From assembly GCA_910579055.1 (NCBI GenBank), contig CAJTSU010000008.1:1-46412 (forward strand): a stretch of DNA of 46,412 bases, in the 5' to 3' direction. Below, piece by piece: positions 1 to 10,143 of the stretch; positions within the stretch are counted from its first letter, which is position 1; each line of letters begins with the position of its first letter. The notes under the pieces are model-generated. The model did not search any database, was not told where the DNA came from, and saw nothing but the letters and a program-made list of their open reading frames with translations. A program made the translations under genes and the position numbers. The DNA comes from an uncultured Mailhella sp. (GTDB taxonomy: Bacteria; Desulfobacterota; Desulfovibrionia; Desulfovibrionales; Desulfovibrionaceae).

Positions 1-272
1 ATGTCTTGTCGGACTGGAAGCGTGCGGGGGATGCGGCTGAGTATAAAAATGGCCGGGCTTTTGCCGCAAGTCTGGGCTTGACGCCCAAAGAGCATTCATC
101 AGGAGGCAAACAAAGACTGCCTGGCATAAGCAAGCGTGGCAGCAACACCATCCGCAAACTATTAATCCAGGGAGCAAGAATAATTACTCGCTATGCCCTG
201 GCCAATAAAACGGCAAGGATCATCTGGAATTTGCTGGCAAAAAGGGAAGAGTATCGGCCAGTAATGGCATAA
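1..272 (+). pseudogene. IS110-family (IS1111-like) transposase, C-terminal remnant
   Basis: Motifs GRAFAASLGLTPKEHSSGGKQRLPGISKRG...RKLLIQGAR and ALANKTARIIWNLL. The segment that normally separates GAR from ALANK appears to be deleted. The 5' part lies outside the window. Confidence 0.8.
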
Positions 273-282
273 GCTAAAAACT

Positions 283-358
283 GGCTGATCAAGACGGATT
301 TTTCCTAAGTAAAAGTACACGTCTCGCGCAACGCCATCAACAGTATTCTCTAACATAG
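283..358 (+). repeat. Repeat family A (MITE-like), 3' remnant
   Basis: ACACGTCTCGCGCAACGCCATCAACAGTATTCTCTAACATAG closely matches ACACGCCTCGCGCAACGCCATCAACACAGTTCTACAACACAG at about 22601-22642. Confidence 0.7.
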
Positions 359-360
359 TA

Positions 361-512
361 TACTTCGTATTCAGTGCTAAAGCTTTTTGCACACAAAACG
401 CTTGCGGATCGCTTCGCTGAAAACGTAGTTTCGGCATGCAAACCCGGCCACCCCGCTACGCCAGGCTTGCACCTGATGGCTGGCTCTGCGAAATATTTCA
501 TGTTGCGGAGTA
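361..512. repeat. Repeat family B (TA-bounded MITE-like element), copy 1
   Basis: Colinear similarity to 11840-11965 (TACTTC.TATTCA.TG.TAA ... GATCGC.TCGC.GAAA.CG..GTTTCGGC..GC.AACCCGGC ... CGCCAGG.TTGC ... GAAATATTT.ATGTT.CGGA.TA), with weak inverted ends. Confidence 0.75.
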
Positions 513-544
513 CGAGAACCTGCTGAAAAAGTCGGCACTGGCCC

Positions 545-1864
545 TTAGCTTGCCATGGGAGTGTCAGAGCGGGGGGGGGCATTTTCGACAGCATCAAGCT
601 GAAAGACCTGACGGATAGTATTGATAGCGCGGATTTCGCGATCGTGCTTCCGTGCCTCGATGAATCCCCTTTTCAGGTAGGCAATAGGAGCGTGGTTGAA
701 ACGACGAACCAACGAAGAGGCCATAATTTCCAAAGCTTCTCTGGTTTTTTCGTCCACCGTGCCCAGTCTGCGGTAGGTCAACGCGAGTTCCTCACACATG
801 ATGTCTTCGCCGCGTTTTACAAGATCGACAATGGTAGGTTGGAGCGCAAGGGATTGCAGCCATTCGGCAAATGCTTCGGTTTCCTCCTCTACAATGCCCT
901 TGGCCTTGAGCGCCTCGGCGCGGCGCTGAGCTTGATTTTCTTCGACAACTTCCTTGAGATCGTCAATGTCGTAGAGATAAATATTATCCAGATTGTTGAC
1001 GGCAGGGTCGATATCGCGCGGCATGGCGATATCGATGAGGAACATGGGTCTGTTTCTGCGCTTGCGCAGGGTGGCGCGCACCTCCTCCGCACCGATGATT
1101 GTTCCAGGTGCGCCGGTGGAGCTGATAACAATGTCCGTACGCGGCATGACCTCGAAAATGGCGTCAAAGGCTATGGCTCCCCCGCCAATGCGTTCGGCCA
1201 GTTCCCGAGCGCGATCCAAAGTGCGGTTGGCGACCAGAATACGCCGGATTCCCGCCTGAATGAGGTGCATGGCCGCAAGTTCCGCCATTTCTCCCGCACC
1301 AATGAGTAGCGCCTCATGCTGCGGCATGTCGTCGAAGATCCGCTTTGCCAGCTCCACTGCGGCATAGCTGATGGAAACGGCGCTGGAAGCAACAGCTGTT
1401 TCTGTCCGCACGCGTTTGGCCACGGAAAACGCCTTGTGCAAAAGGCGGTTTACAATAAGCCCCACGTTATGGGAATCTGTGGCTTTACGGTAGGCGGCCT
1501 TGAGCTGGCCGAGAATCTGCGGTTCACCAAGAACCAGAGAATCCAGGCTGGATGCGACGGAAAAAAGGTGCTTTACCGCTTCTTCTCCCTGATACTGATA
1601 GATATAAGGCGCGAGTTCTTCGGGCGTTTTGCCGCAAACAGCGCTCCAGTGATCAATAATATGGCGCGCGCAACGCTCTGCGGGGCCTACGGCGAGCACT
1701 TCTACCCGATTACAGGTGGACAGGATCAGGGATTCCGCAATGTCGTCACACGACGGAAACGCCCATGTTTCCACAGAACAGAAATTGGTCAGAGCGAACT
1801 GTTCCCGGACTTCAACCGCCGCAGTACGGTGGTTCAGGCCTATGAGATAAATGGTATAGTCCAT
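545..1864 (-). CDS. hemA: Glutamyl-tRNA reductase
   Basis: Motifs LIGLNHRTA, STCNRVE, SLDSLVLGEPQILGQ, IGAGEM and DIAMPRDID. Start taken at MDYTIY. Confidence 0.97.
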   Translation of the reverse strand: MDYTIYLIGLNHRTAAVEVREQFALTNFCSVETWAFPSCDDIAESLILSTCNRVEVLAVGPAERCARHIIDHWSAVCGKTPEELAPYIYQYQGEEAVKHLFSVASSLDSLVLGEPQILGQLKAAYRKATDSHNVGLIVNRLLHKAFSVAKRVRTETAVASSAVSISYAAVELAKRIFDDMPQHEALLIGAGEMAELAAMHLIQAGIRRILVANRTLDRARELAERIGGGAIAFDAIFEVMPRTDIVISSTGAPGTIIGAEEVRATLRKRRNRPMFLIDIAMPRDIDPAVNNLDNIYLYDIDDLKEVVEENQAQRRAEALKAKGIVEEETEAFAEWLQSLALQPTIVDLVKRGEDIMCEELALTYRRLGTVDEKTREALEIMASSLVRRFNHAPIAYLKRGFIEARKHDREIRAINTIRQVFQLDAVENAPPRSDTPMAS

Positions 1865-1885
1865 GATATACAATGTTGCCGGCGA

Positions 1886-2713
1886 TCAGAGGGTGAATTG
1901 GAACGCATGACGCGTGGACAGGAGAAAATTGACCACAAGCAGAGAGAAGAGCGAAGCAGCGAAAATGCCCAGCGCCATGAGCGCGGGTTTGCGTCCCTGC
2001 CAGCCGAGTGCCTGGCGCTGGTGGAAAAGCAGCGCGTACAGCGCCCAAACAGCCAGGGACATAAGTTCCTTGGGATCGCCGGAGAACATGCTTCCCCAAG
2101 CGAGCCCCGCCCAGACAAAACCGCAAATGACTCCGAGGGTATAGAAGGGAAAACCCACCAGCGTGGCCAAACCGTTGATGCGATCCAGGGCGGCCATGGA
2201 GGGAAGGTCAGCCCGCAGGCCGGAGAGCCTGGTTTTTGCCTTGAGCTTTTTCTCTTGCCGGAGAAAGAAGACAGCCGCGCCTGCCGCGACGGACATCAAT
2301 CCCAATCCAATGAAGATGCTGATGAGGTGCAGGCCAAAAACAGGGCCTGTCATGGCCGCTGTCACGGCAACTCCTCGAGCGTCCAGCAGCAGTGCCACTA
2401 TCAGCAAGATAAACGCCACAAGGGGAATGAACAAAAGTTGTACTGTTGTTTTCTGCCATAACCACATAATGAGGCCAATACCCATAAAAGCCCAGGAAAG
2501 GGGCAGCAGGTACAGGCTGCGACCAATCAATTCCCATTCGGTACAAGCGACTGCGGCAAGAAGCAGCGTATGCAGGCCGAAGGACGCCAGGCTGATACCC
2601 AAGGCGATCCCTTTTGCCTTGCCGCTACGCCCGATATATCCGGCCAGCAGAGCCACCGACGCCACGGCATAGAGCAGAAGCGTCAGAAGAAAGAGGACAT
2701 CAGTCCAATCCAT
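1886..2713 (-). CDS. ccsA: Cytochrome c biogenesis CcsA/HemX-like membrane protein
   Basis: Multi-TM protein with GFVWA...WG...DPKE motif and GWQGRK. It lies between sirC and hemA. Confidence 0.85.
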   Translation of the reverse strand: MDWTDVLFLLTLLLYAVASVALLAGYIGRSGKAKGIALGISLASFGLHTLLLAAVACTEWELIGRSLYLLPLSWAFMGIGLIMWLWQKTTVQLLFIPLVAFILLIVALLLDARGVAVTAAMTGPVFGLHLISIFIGLGLMSVAAGAAVFFLRQEKKLKAKTRLSGLRADLPSMAALDRINGLATLVGFPFYTLGVICGFVWAGLAWGSMFSGDPKELMSLAVWALYALLFHQRQALGWQGRKPALMALGIFAASLFSLLVVNFLLSTRHAFQFTL

Positions 2714-3389
2714 GCAGCAACTCCTTAAGTGAAGCATGAAGAGCAGGGGGAACGATTTTTTTCGTTAAATCCAGCATTCGTTCATACTCTCCCGCTCTAA
2801 CGGCGGCACAGAATTCCGCACGAAATTCAGGTGCGCAAAGCGCACGAAAAATCTCGGCATTAAGCCCGCTTTCCAGCCCCAGAGCCAGCAGCAGGGGGCG
2901 CAGTCTCTCCAGAAAACGCGCCAATGGAACATAGCTCCCCCCCAGCCAAGTTTCAAGGTCTTCCTTCAAGGCTCTGGCCAGGGCGGGGCTGGCTCCACCG
3001 GTGGACAACGCCAGCGTCAGCGGCGGGGCTTCCACATGTGAAGGTACAATAAACATGCCTTCGCGCGGAGCGTCCGCTACATTACAAAGCACATTTTGCG
3101 CACGGCAGGCCTCCGCCGCCTTACGGTTGGCTTCTCTTGACGAGGTGCAGACAAACACCAGGTTTTTTCCCGCTGCATCGTCTTCTTTGAATATGCGGCG
3201 TTCGAAGCGAAAACGCGAATCTTCAAGGTAAACTTGAAGTTCGTTTTGATCGACAAATGGATCCAGCGCCACAACGCTTGCGGCGCCGCTTTCCAACAGT
3301 GTGGAGATTTTGCGGCGGCCCACGTTGCCTGCGCCAATGACGAGGCAGGCGGCCAGGCTCAAATCGAGAAACAGAGGATAATAGCGCAT
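2700..3389 (-). CDS. Precorrin-2 dehydrogenase / sirohydrochlorin ferrochelatase (SirC / CysG N-terminal type)
   Basis: YYPLFLDL, IGAGNVGRRK Rossmann motif, CNVAD.P, FIVPS and STGGASPALA. Start taken at MRYYP. Confidence 0.92.
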   Translation of the reverse strand: MRYYPLFLDLSLAACLVIGAGNVGRRKISTLLESGAASVVALDPFVDQNELQVYLEDSRFRFERRIFKEDDAAGKNLVFVCTSSREANRKAAEACRAQNVLCNVADAPREGMFIVPSHVEAPPLTLALSTGGASPALARALKEDLETWLGGSYVPLARFLERLRPLLLALGLESGLNAEIFRALCAPEFRAEFCAAVRAGEYERMLDLTKKIVPPALHASLKELLHGLD

Positions 3390-3477
3390 TTCCTTGTATA
3401 GCATGGCGCGTAAGCAATGGGAAGTATGCTGAAAGGATGGAACTTGCCGCCAACCTGATTTCAGGCTAGTTTGCGTC

Positions 3478-4743
3478 ATGATGAAACGGCTTGTTATTCA
3501 GTTGGCGCGCTTTGGCGACATTGTCCAGAGCAAGCGTCTGATTCTCTCCCTCCTGCGGGATGGGGAAGTGCATGTATGCGTGGATCGGAGCCTGGCAAGC
3601 CTGGCCCGCCTCGTATATCCCGACTGTGTGGTTCATGCAGTACCTGCGCACAGTTGTGATGCCCGAACGGTATTGGAGGAAGGGCGCACTCTTTTTGAGC
3701 GGCTGCATACCGAGCGTTTTGACGAGGTCTATACGCTGAACAATGCCGGATTATGCAAAGCCGTGGCGTCCTTGTTTCCACCGGAAACAGTCCGGGGGTA
3801 TTCCGTGCGTTCCGGGCAGGTGCAGCGTTGTCGATGGATGCGTATGGCTTTTCGGTGGATGGCGCTGCGGCGCTGTTCCCCGCTGAATCTTGCTGATTTT
3901 TGGGCGGCGCTTGCGCCCGCGCCGCTTTCTCCTGCCTTGGTCAATCCTCCTGCTGCACCTGGAGGAAAAGGTCTGGGTATTGTGCTGGCAGGGCAGGTCT
4001 GGCACCGTTCTGCGCCGCCGGAAGCACTGGCTTTGCTGACCCGTATTCAGGCAGAACGGCTGGGCGGCGCGGGGAAATGTCCGGTGTATCTGCTTGGCAC
4101 GGCAAAAGAACATCCCGCCGCACGTGAACTTATGTCGCGTCTGCCCGGAACTATTGTGGAAACTTGTCGGGATCTCACGGGGAAAACTGACTGGGCTGCT
4201 CTGGCTGATGTTTTGAGCGGCCTGGATCTTCTGCTTTCTCCTGATACCGGGACAGCACATCTGGCCGCGCACCTGGGTGTTCCGGTGATGGGCCTGTTTT
4301 GTTCCTCGGCCTGGGCCTGGGAAACAGGGCCTTATGGCCTGGGGCACACCATTTTACAGACGGATTTGCCCTGTGCGCCCTGCGTGGAAAGCTCACCTTG
4401 CGCGCAAGGTGTTCCTTGCCGTGCCTTCTTCACTGATTCGGATCTTTTGGCATATCTTGCCGGGAAAGGAAAAACGGCGCGGCATTTTCCGCAGCGCGTG
4501 CGCATTTTGCACAGTGCATTTGACGAGATAGGCCAGATTTGGCGGGAGGAGTCAGGCCCCCCTCGCGGTGTGCCCGTTCCCCGCGTTCCTAGCGCCGGTA
4601 CACGCGAGCATGATACACGCATGCGGAACGCTCTGCGTGCCCAATTGGCCGAATACCTTGGCCTTGGCGGCGCACACGGCACGGAGGCCGCGACATTGCT
4701 GTATAATGAAAGTGACTGGATCCTCCCTCCACTCAAGCCCTGA
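3478..4743 (+). CDS. Glycosyltransferase family 9 (heptosyltransferase-like)
   Basis: Motifs QLARFGDIVQS, DLTGKT and SPDTGTAHLAAHLG, plus TGPYG. Confidence 0.88.
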   Translation: MMKRLVIQLARFGDIVQSKRLILSLLRDGEVHVCVDRSLASLARLVYPDCVVHAVPAHSCDARTVLEEGRTLFERLHTERFDEVYTLNNAGLCKAVASLFPPETVRGYSVRSGQVQRCRWMRMAFRWMALRRCSPLNLADFWAALAPAPLSPALVNPPAAPGGKGLGIVLAGQVWHRSAPPEALALLTRIQAERLGGAGKCPVYLLGTAKEHPAARELMSRLPGTIVETCRDLTGKTDWAALADVLSGLDLLLSPDTGTAHLAAHLGVPVMGLFCSSAWAWETGPYGLGHTILQTDLPCAPCVESSPCAQGVPCRAFFTDSDLLAYLAGKGKTARHFPQRVRILHSAFDEIGQIWREESGPPRGVPVPRVPSAGTREHDTRMRNALRAQLAEYLGLGGAHGTEAATLLYNESDWILPPLKP

Positions 4744-4798
4744 ACTCTGCAACATCTCTGCCCTCCAAGCATAATCTTGCCTGAAAGGACGTGATCTC

Positions 4799-6073
4799 AT
4801 GGAACACCCCTTGCGCATTCTTGTTGTTCTGCCGCTGTATGGCGGCTCTCTGCCCATTGGCCGCTACTGTGCTTCCGCCCTGACGGATCTCGGTCATACA
4901 GTGGATGTTTTTGAGGCTCCCGTCTTTCATGACGCCCATACCGCGCTGCGCGGGCTACGGGTGGCCGAAAGCAGAACCGAACAACTGGAAAACGCCTTTA
5001 TCAATCTGCTGGGGCAGGCCATTTATGCCCGTATAGAGCGTTTTGAGCCTGATCTTGTGTTGGCTCTCGCTCAGGCTCCCATGAGCAGACAACTTCTCCT
5101 TCGCTTGCGCAAGGAGGGCATTCCCAGTGCCATGTGGTTCGTGGAAGACTATCGTATCTTTTCCTACTGGCGGGTTTTCGCCCCGCTGTACGATTTTTTC
5201 TTTGTCATTCAGAAGGAACCGTTTCTTTCCCTGCTGGAAGGAGCGGGTGTGCCCAATGCCATGTATCTCCCCGTGGCGGCCTTACCCGATTTTCACAGGA
5301 AATTGGAGTTGACGCCAGGGCAGCAGCATGAGTACGGAGCGGATCTTTCCTTCCTTGGCGCAGGGTACCCCAACCGACGCGCAGCCTTCCGAACTTTGTT
5401 GCGGCGGAACTTCAAAATCTGGGGCTCGGACTGGGAAGGGGACGCTCTGCTTGCTTCTCGTGTACAGCGAGGCGGAGTGCGGATCAGCGCGGAAGAGTCC
5501 GTTCTTGTATACAACGCGACAAAAATAAACATAAATCTGCACTCCAGCCTGAACGCCGACACTCTGGTGAGCGGCGGAGATTTCGTGAATCCCCGAACCT
5601 TTGAACTTGCTGCCATGGAAGCGTTTCAGCTGGTGGACAGGCGCAGCCTCATGCCCGATCTGTTCCGCCTGGATGGAGAACAGGCGGAACTTGCCGTATT
5701 TTCCAGCCCGGAGGAAATGGAAACCGCCATCGATTTTTATCTCGCGCATCCCGAAGCCCGGCAAGACGTGACAAGGCGGGGCAGGGAGCGCATTCTCGCC
5801 GAGCACACCTATCAGCACCGGATGAACGCCATGCTTGGCTTTATTCAATCCCGCCTTCCGAACTGGCCGCGTGCGCGCGCGCAGCATAGCTGGCCTGAAG
5901 GCTTGTCTGACGGCACGCGGGAAGAACTTGCCCGCCTTTTGACGGAGTTGGGGCTGCCAAGCGACGCCTCGTTCGATGACATGATCGTACGCCTCCGGAA
6001 CAGAAGCGGAGAACTGAAAAGCCTGGAAGTGGGGTTGCTCTTTCTTGATGAGTGGCACAAACAGTATTCCTGA
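4799..6073 (+). CDS. CgeB-family glycosyltransferase
   Basis: Motifs FLGAGYPNR, YNATKININLHS, NPRTFELAA and EHTYQHR. Confidence 0.85.
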   Translation: MEHPLRILVVLPLYGGSLPIGRYCASALTDLGHTVDVFEAPVFHDAHTALRGLRVAESRTEQLENAFINLLGQAIYARIERFEPDLVLALAQAPMSRQLLLRLRKEGIPSAMWFVEDYRIFSYWRVFAPLYDFFFVIQKEPFLSLLEGAGVPNAMYLPVAALPDFHRKLELTPGQQHEYGADLSFLGAGYPNRRAAFRTLLRRNFKIWGSDWEGDALLASRVQRGGVRISAEESVLVYNATKININLHSSLNADTLVSGGDFVNPRTFELAAMEAFQLVDRRSLMPDLFRLDGEQAELAVFSSPEEMETAIDFYLAHPEARQDVTRRGRERILAEHTYQHRMNAMLGFIQSRLPNWPRARAQHSWPEGLSDGTREELARLLTELGLPSDASFDDMIVRLRNRSGELKSLEVGLLFLDEWHKQYS

Positions 6074-7253
6074 AATGCCGTTTCGGGCAGATTGTGAGGA
6101 ACATGCGGGACTCCGGGGACTCGATCGCCGTGACGCCTTGCTGGCGCTGCGGGTACGTACATTTGTGCGGGAAGAGCTGGGCGTCGACTGGCGGGGAGCG
6201 CGCCTTTTACTCTCCCTTTCCGGCGGGATTGATTCCACGGCCTTGCTCTGCCTGCTTCTGGCCTTGCGGCCGCTCGAAAATCTGACCCTGGCCGCTGCGC
6301 ATCTTGACCATTGCCTGCGTCCAGAAAGCGGAGACGATGCCGCATACGTGCGCGCGCTGTGTGCTGCCTGGGAGATTCCTCTCCATGAGCGCAAGGAGGA
6401 TATCCGGGCGCGGGCACAGGCGGGGGCCATAGGGGAAGAGGAGGCGGGGCGCACTGCGCGGCGCGCGTTCCTGGCTGAAACTGCGAGCTTGATACATGCG
6501 GACTGGGTACTGTTGGCCCATCATGCGGATGATCTGGCGGAAGATATTCTTATGCGCCTGATGCGGGGCGCGGCATGGCCCGGCCTCGGCGGCATGCGCG
6601 GCTGCGATCCGGCTCCCGGCTTGCCTCTGCTGCGCCCGTTGCTGATGGAAGAAAAAGCGAGCTTGCGCGGACTGCTGGAACGTCTGCATGTGCCGTGGCG
6701 GGAAGATGCCACGAATAGCGAACGGATTGGCCGCAGAAATCGCATCCGCCTTGATGTGTTGCCGATGTTTAAAGCGGAAAACCCCGCCTTCCTTGATGTC
6801 GCGCGTCGCATGTGGCGGAGCGCTCGTCAGGATGAGCGCTATTGGCGAGATCTTCTGGATGAAATTTTTGATGAAAGCCGACAGGGGGCGGAATCAGCGG
6901 CTGAGGAGGCAGGCGGCCTGCTGCTGCCCGGAGAAAAACTGTTAAGCCTGCCGGAAAGCGCGCGTCTGCGCGCCTACAGGTTTGCGTTGGAACGCATGGC
7001 CTTGTCCTTTCCACTTGAAGCCAAAGGAGGAATACAAGCCCGTCATGCTGTGCTGTTTGCTCTTGATCGCGCGCTGCGCGAAAAGCGTCACGGAAAACGC
7101 TTTCTTTTTTCCGGCGGCCTGCAAGCGGAACTTTCTTCCCGCGGCGTATATTTCTGTCTGAAAAAACAGCCTGTTGATGATGTTGAGCGAGAGTCTCCCT
7201 ATAAGGGGCGGAGGAGAGTATCTTCTCCGGCGGCATACCGGGCAGATCCATGA
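6045..7253 (+). CDS. tilS: tRNA(Ile)-lysidine synthetase
   Basis: PP-loop SGGIDS, HLDHCLR, AHHADD, RPLL and EDATN...RNRIR. Start codon uncertain. Confidence 0.93.
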   Translation: MMSGTNSIPEMPFRADCEEHAGLRGLDRRDALLALRVRTFVREELGVDWRGARLLLSLSGGIDSTALLCLLLALRPLENLTLAAAHLDHCLRPESGDDAAYVRALCAAWEIPLHERKEDIRARAQAGAIGEEEAGRTARRAFLAETASLIHADWVLLAHHADDLAEDILMRLMRGAAWPGLGGMRGCDPAPGLPLLRPLLMEEKASLRGLLERLHVPWREDATNSERIGRRNRIRLDVLPMFKAENPAFLDVARRMWRSARQDERYWRDLLDEIFDESRQGAESAAEEAGGLLLPGEKLLSLPESARLRAYRFALERMALSFPLEAKGGIQARHAVLFALDRALREKRHGKRFLFSGGLQAELSSRGVYFCLKKQPVDDVERESPYKGRRRVSSPAAYRADP

Positions 7254-7258
7254 AAGCA

Positions 7259-9541
7259 TTAAACCAACGGAAATTCCATATTGATGAGCGCGCCGCCGCC
7301 CGGCGCGTTTTTCGCGGCGATACTGCCGCCGTGATCCTGCACCAGAGCGCGCACGATAGAAAGCCCCAACCCGGTTCCGCCCGGTTTGCGCGAATAATAG
7401 GGTTCAAACAATTTGGCGGCATCCTCCTCCGGGAGTCCAGGGCCGTTATCTTCAATTTGAACCCGCAAATTTTCCTGTTTCGCGTCCAGTTCCGCGCGAA
7501 CGATGACTTTTGCTCCGAAGACCGGCGTTTCCCCACCCAGGGCTTCCGCTGCGTTCCCCATCAGATTCAACAATACGCGGTGCATGGCTTCGGCATCCAA
7601 CGGCATGTCGGGAAGATGTTCAGGAATGTCCAATTGCCAGTCAATACGAGGGTGACTGGTGCGGAACATCATGACAAGTTCTTCAAGCAAAGGGTAAAGG
7701 TTTCCCTCCGCCAGGGAAACTTCGGGAATGGCGGCAAAAGAAGAAAACTCTGCGACCATATTTTGCATCCGCTCGACTTCTTTGATGATAAGCCCGATAG
7801 ATTGAACAAAGGCCGGATCATCAATGTGTGTCGAAAATTTTCTTTCCAGGCGCTGGGCGGACAGCTTGATAGGGGTCAGGGGATTTTTGATTTCGTGCGC
7901 GATGCGCTTGGCGACTTCTTGCCAGGCGGCAAAACGCTGCATGCGAGCCAGTTCGGTGATATCCTCGATAACCGCGACGACGCTACTGAATTCTCCTCCC
8001 TTTTCGATCTGTCCGGGCAATACCACAACGTGGAGCAGCAGCTTCCAGTGGCGGCCACCGCGTACAAAATCCAGCTCCTGCTGCCAGGGACGGTCCGGGT
8101 GCTTGCGCAAAGATTCATACATGGAGAGAAGCAAACGGGTGTATTCGGGCTGAAGGGACAAAGAAGGATTTCTTCCTTCCCAGCGTTTTGCCGATGTTGC
8201 AAATATGGTGCAGGCGGCCTTGTTCATGGTCTGGATATTTCCGTGCGCGTCAAGTGTGACGACGCCAGTGGCAATATTTTCCAGAACCGTTTCAATATAT
8301 TGATTACGGGCTTGAAGAATACTGCTGCGTTCTTCAAGAAGTTTGTTGAGATTTGTCAGGCGCTCCCGGCTTTCCCTGACATCCTGGGCCATTCTGTTAA
8401 ATGAGGCGACGAGTTGTCCCAGTTCATCCTTGCCGGAATCCTTGACGGGATCGTCCAGTTCGCCACGGGCAAGTTTGACCGTACCGCGGGACAATGCGAG
8501 AATGGGTTCGGTGAGCTGGCGGGAAAGGCGAAAGGCGACCCATACTGATCCAAAAATGACTACCAGACTTAATAATCCGAGCACAAGGGAAAAGGAAAGT
8601 TTGAGTGGACGCTTGAGATTTTTCAGCTGGCTGTATTCTTCAAAACCCTGGCTGATTTTTTCCAGCTCGGTCAAAAGCCCTTTACCCATGCTTTCCGCTG
8701 TGACCAGATAAAGTCCGTCCGATCCGGGCACAGGCACACTGCATACGACATAATCTCCTGAAGGTTCGGACCAGAGCATGGAATCAAAACCGGATCGGGC
8801 GGTCTGCTCCCAATTGAACCTTCTGCGGGCATTTTGCCAGATCGGGACGAAATTTTCCTGTGCGTGCCAATGGCGTTCCACATAGGACGGCGGATTGGAG
8901 GGAACACGCTGGATAAAGCCGACCAACGCCAGCCCGCTTTGTTTCTGGTGGCGTATAAGCAACGCATCATAATGTTCGCTGTCGGGGGGAAGAGCGGCCA
9001 GTTCTCCCAGTAAAATGTGGGCGTTGGCACGCAGACGTTCTGCAGCGGCCGCATAAAAATTCTGCCCGATTTGCAGCGCGGCCTGCATGGAATTCTCCAC
9101 TTGCGACTTGAACCAATAATCCACGCTGGTGACTACGACACGATTGGCCGCAAGAAACATGATCAGCACCGGGATAAAAGAAATGGAGATGAACGCAAGC
9201 ACCAACCGGGTACGCAGGCGCGACCCGAAAATTTTTCTCTTCCGCTCCACAAAGAGTTTGACCACACTGCGGGAAACGAGGAAAAGCACCACCAGCATTA
9301 AAATAATGTTGATGTTGAGCAGCACAAGGAAAAGCCAGGAATCGCCCTCAAGATAAGAGAGCTGCCACCATGAACTGATCATCACAACCAGCACGGTGAT
9401 CAACGCGGCCGTCAGTTCAAGGCGGCGACGACGCAGTTCACGTTCTTTCTGCTCCTCAGGAGAACGTCGCTCAGTGCCCTCTTCAGGAGGGAGGGGAATA
9501 TTGTCATCCGGGGAGGATGACCTCCATCGTCGAAGTTTCAT
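7259..9541 (-). CDS. NtrY-like membrane sensor histidine kinase (HAMP, PAS, HisKA, HATPase)
   Basis: N-terminal TMs, HAMP (DELGQLVASFNRM), H-box IAHEIKNPLTPI, DNGPG, FEPYYS and GTGLGLSIV. Confidence 0.92.
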   Translation of the reverse strand: MKLRRWRSSSPDDNIPLPPEEGTERRSPEEQKERELRRRRLELTAALITVLVVMISSWWQLSYLEGDSWLFLVLLNINIILMLVVLFLVSRSVVKLFVERKRKIFGSRLRTRLVLAFISISFIPVLIMFLAANRVVVTSVDYWFKSQVENSMQAALQIGQNFYAAAAERLRANAHILLGELAALPPDSEHYDALLIRHQKQSGLALVGFIQRVPSNPPSYVERHWHAQENFVPIWQNARRRFNWEQTARSGFDSMLWSEPSGDYVVCSVPVPGSDGLYLVTAESMGKGLLTELEKISQGFEEYSQLKNLKRPLKLSFSLVLGLLSLVVIFGSVWVAFRLSRQLTEPILALSRGTVKLARGELDDPVKDSGKDELGQLVASFNRMAQDVRESRERLTNLNKLLEERSSILQARNQYIETVLENIATGVVTLDAHGNIQTMNKAACTIFATSAKRWEGRNPSLSLQPEYTRLLLSMYESLRKHPDRPWQQELDFVRGGRHWKLLLHVVVLPGQIEKGGEFSSVVAVIEDITELARMQRFAAWQEVAKRIAHEIKNPLTPIKLSAQRLERKFSTHIDDPAFVQSIGLIIKEVERMQNMVAEFSSFAAIPEVSLAEGNLYPLLEELVMMFRTSHPRIDWQLDIPEHLPDMPLDAEAMHRVLLNLMGNAAEALGGETPVFGAKVIVRAELDAKQENLRVQIEDNGPGLPEEDAAKLFEPYYSRKPGGTGLGLSIVRALVQDHGGSIAAKNAPGGGALINMEFPLV

Positions 9542-9826
9542 AACTCACTTTAATCCTGAAATTATATGTGGAGCCGCGGTGTGATGCTCAGGCCTTTGGG
9601 ATGTACAGCTTCGCCGGAGTTTACTCTGTTTTTAAATACTTTGGAAAGTCGGGGCGGAACATGAGTATTGACCTTGCCTTCTTGTGGCACAGGGGAAAGG
9701 GCTTGGCAAGACGCCGGAGGAAGGAGGCCCCTCTTGCCATAATAAAAAAGAGAATTAGCTTAACGAAGTCGCGCCTCGGCCCGTGTTCGACAAAACTGCC
9801 GTGGCGTCTGTATTGGAGAAGTGTTT

Positions 9827-10099
9827 ATGCCCATGTTCGATTTCCATTGCCCAACGTGTCAGAATCTGTTTGAGGATCTGGTGTTTGGAGACGAAATTCC
9901 GCCCTGCCCGCAATGCGGAGAAGTCCGGACGGAACGCCGTGTTTCTGCACCAAGTCCGCAAAAAACGGGAGCTTTCCCTTTCAAGGTCGGCCCTGTCCAT
10001 CCCGTCATGCATACCCCCACCCCTTCATGCGGGGGGAATTGTTCGGGAGGCTGTTCCGGTTCGTCATGCCCCTCGGGCGCGGCGGAAAAACCGATCTGA
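9827..10099 (+). CDS. FmdB-family zinc-ribbon regulatory protein
   Basis: MPMFDFHCPTC...FE...CPQCG with a Cys/Gly/Ser-rich tail. GGAG RBS upstream. Confidence 0.85.
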   Translation: MPMFDFHCPTCQNLFEDLVFGDEIPPCPQCGEVRTERRVSAPSPQKTGAFPFKVGPVHPVMHTPTPSCGGNCSGGCSGSSCPSGAAEKPI

Positions 10100-10143
10100 A
10101 AAAGTTCTCGTTGCTCTTTTACCACATCTTGAGGAGATTAATA

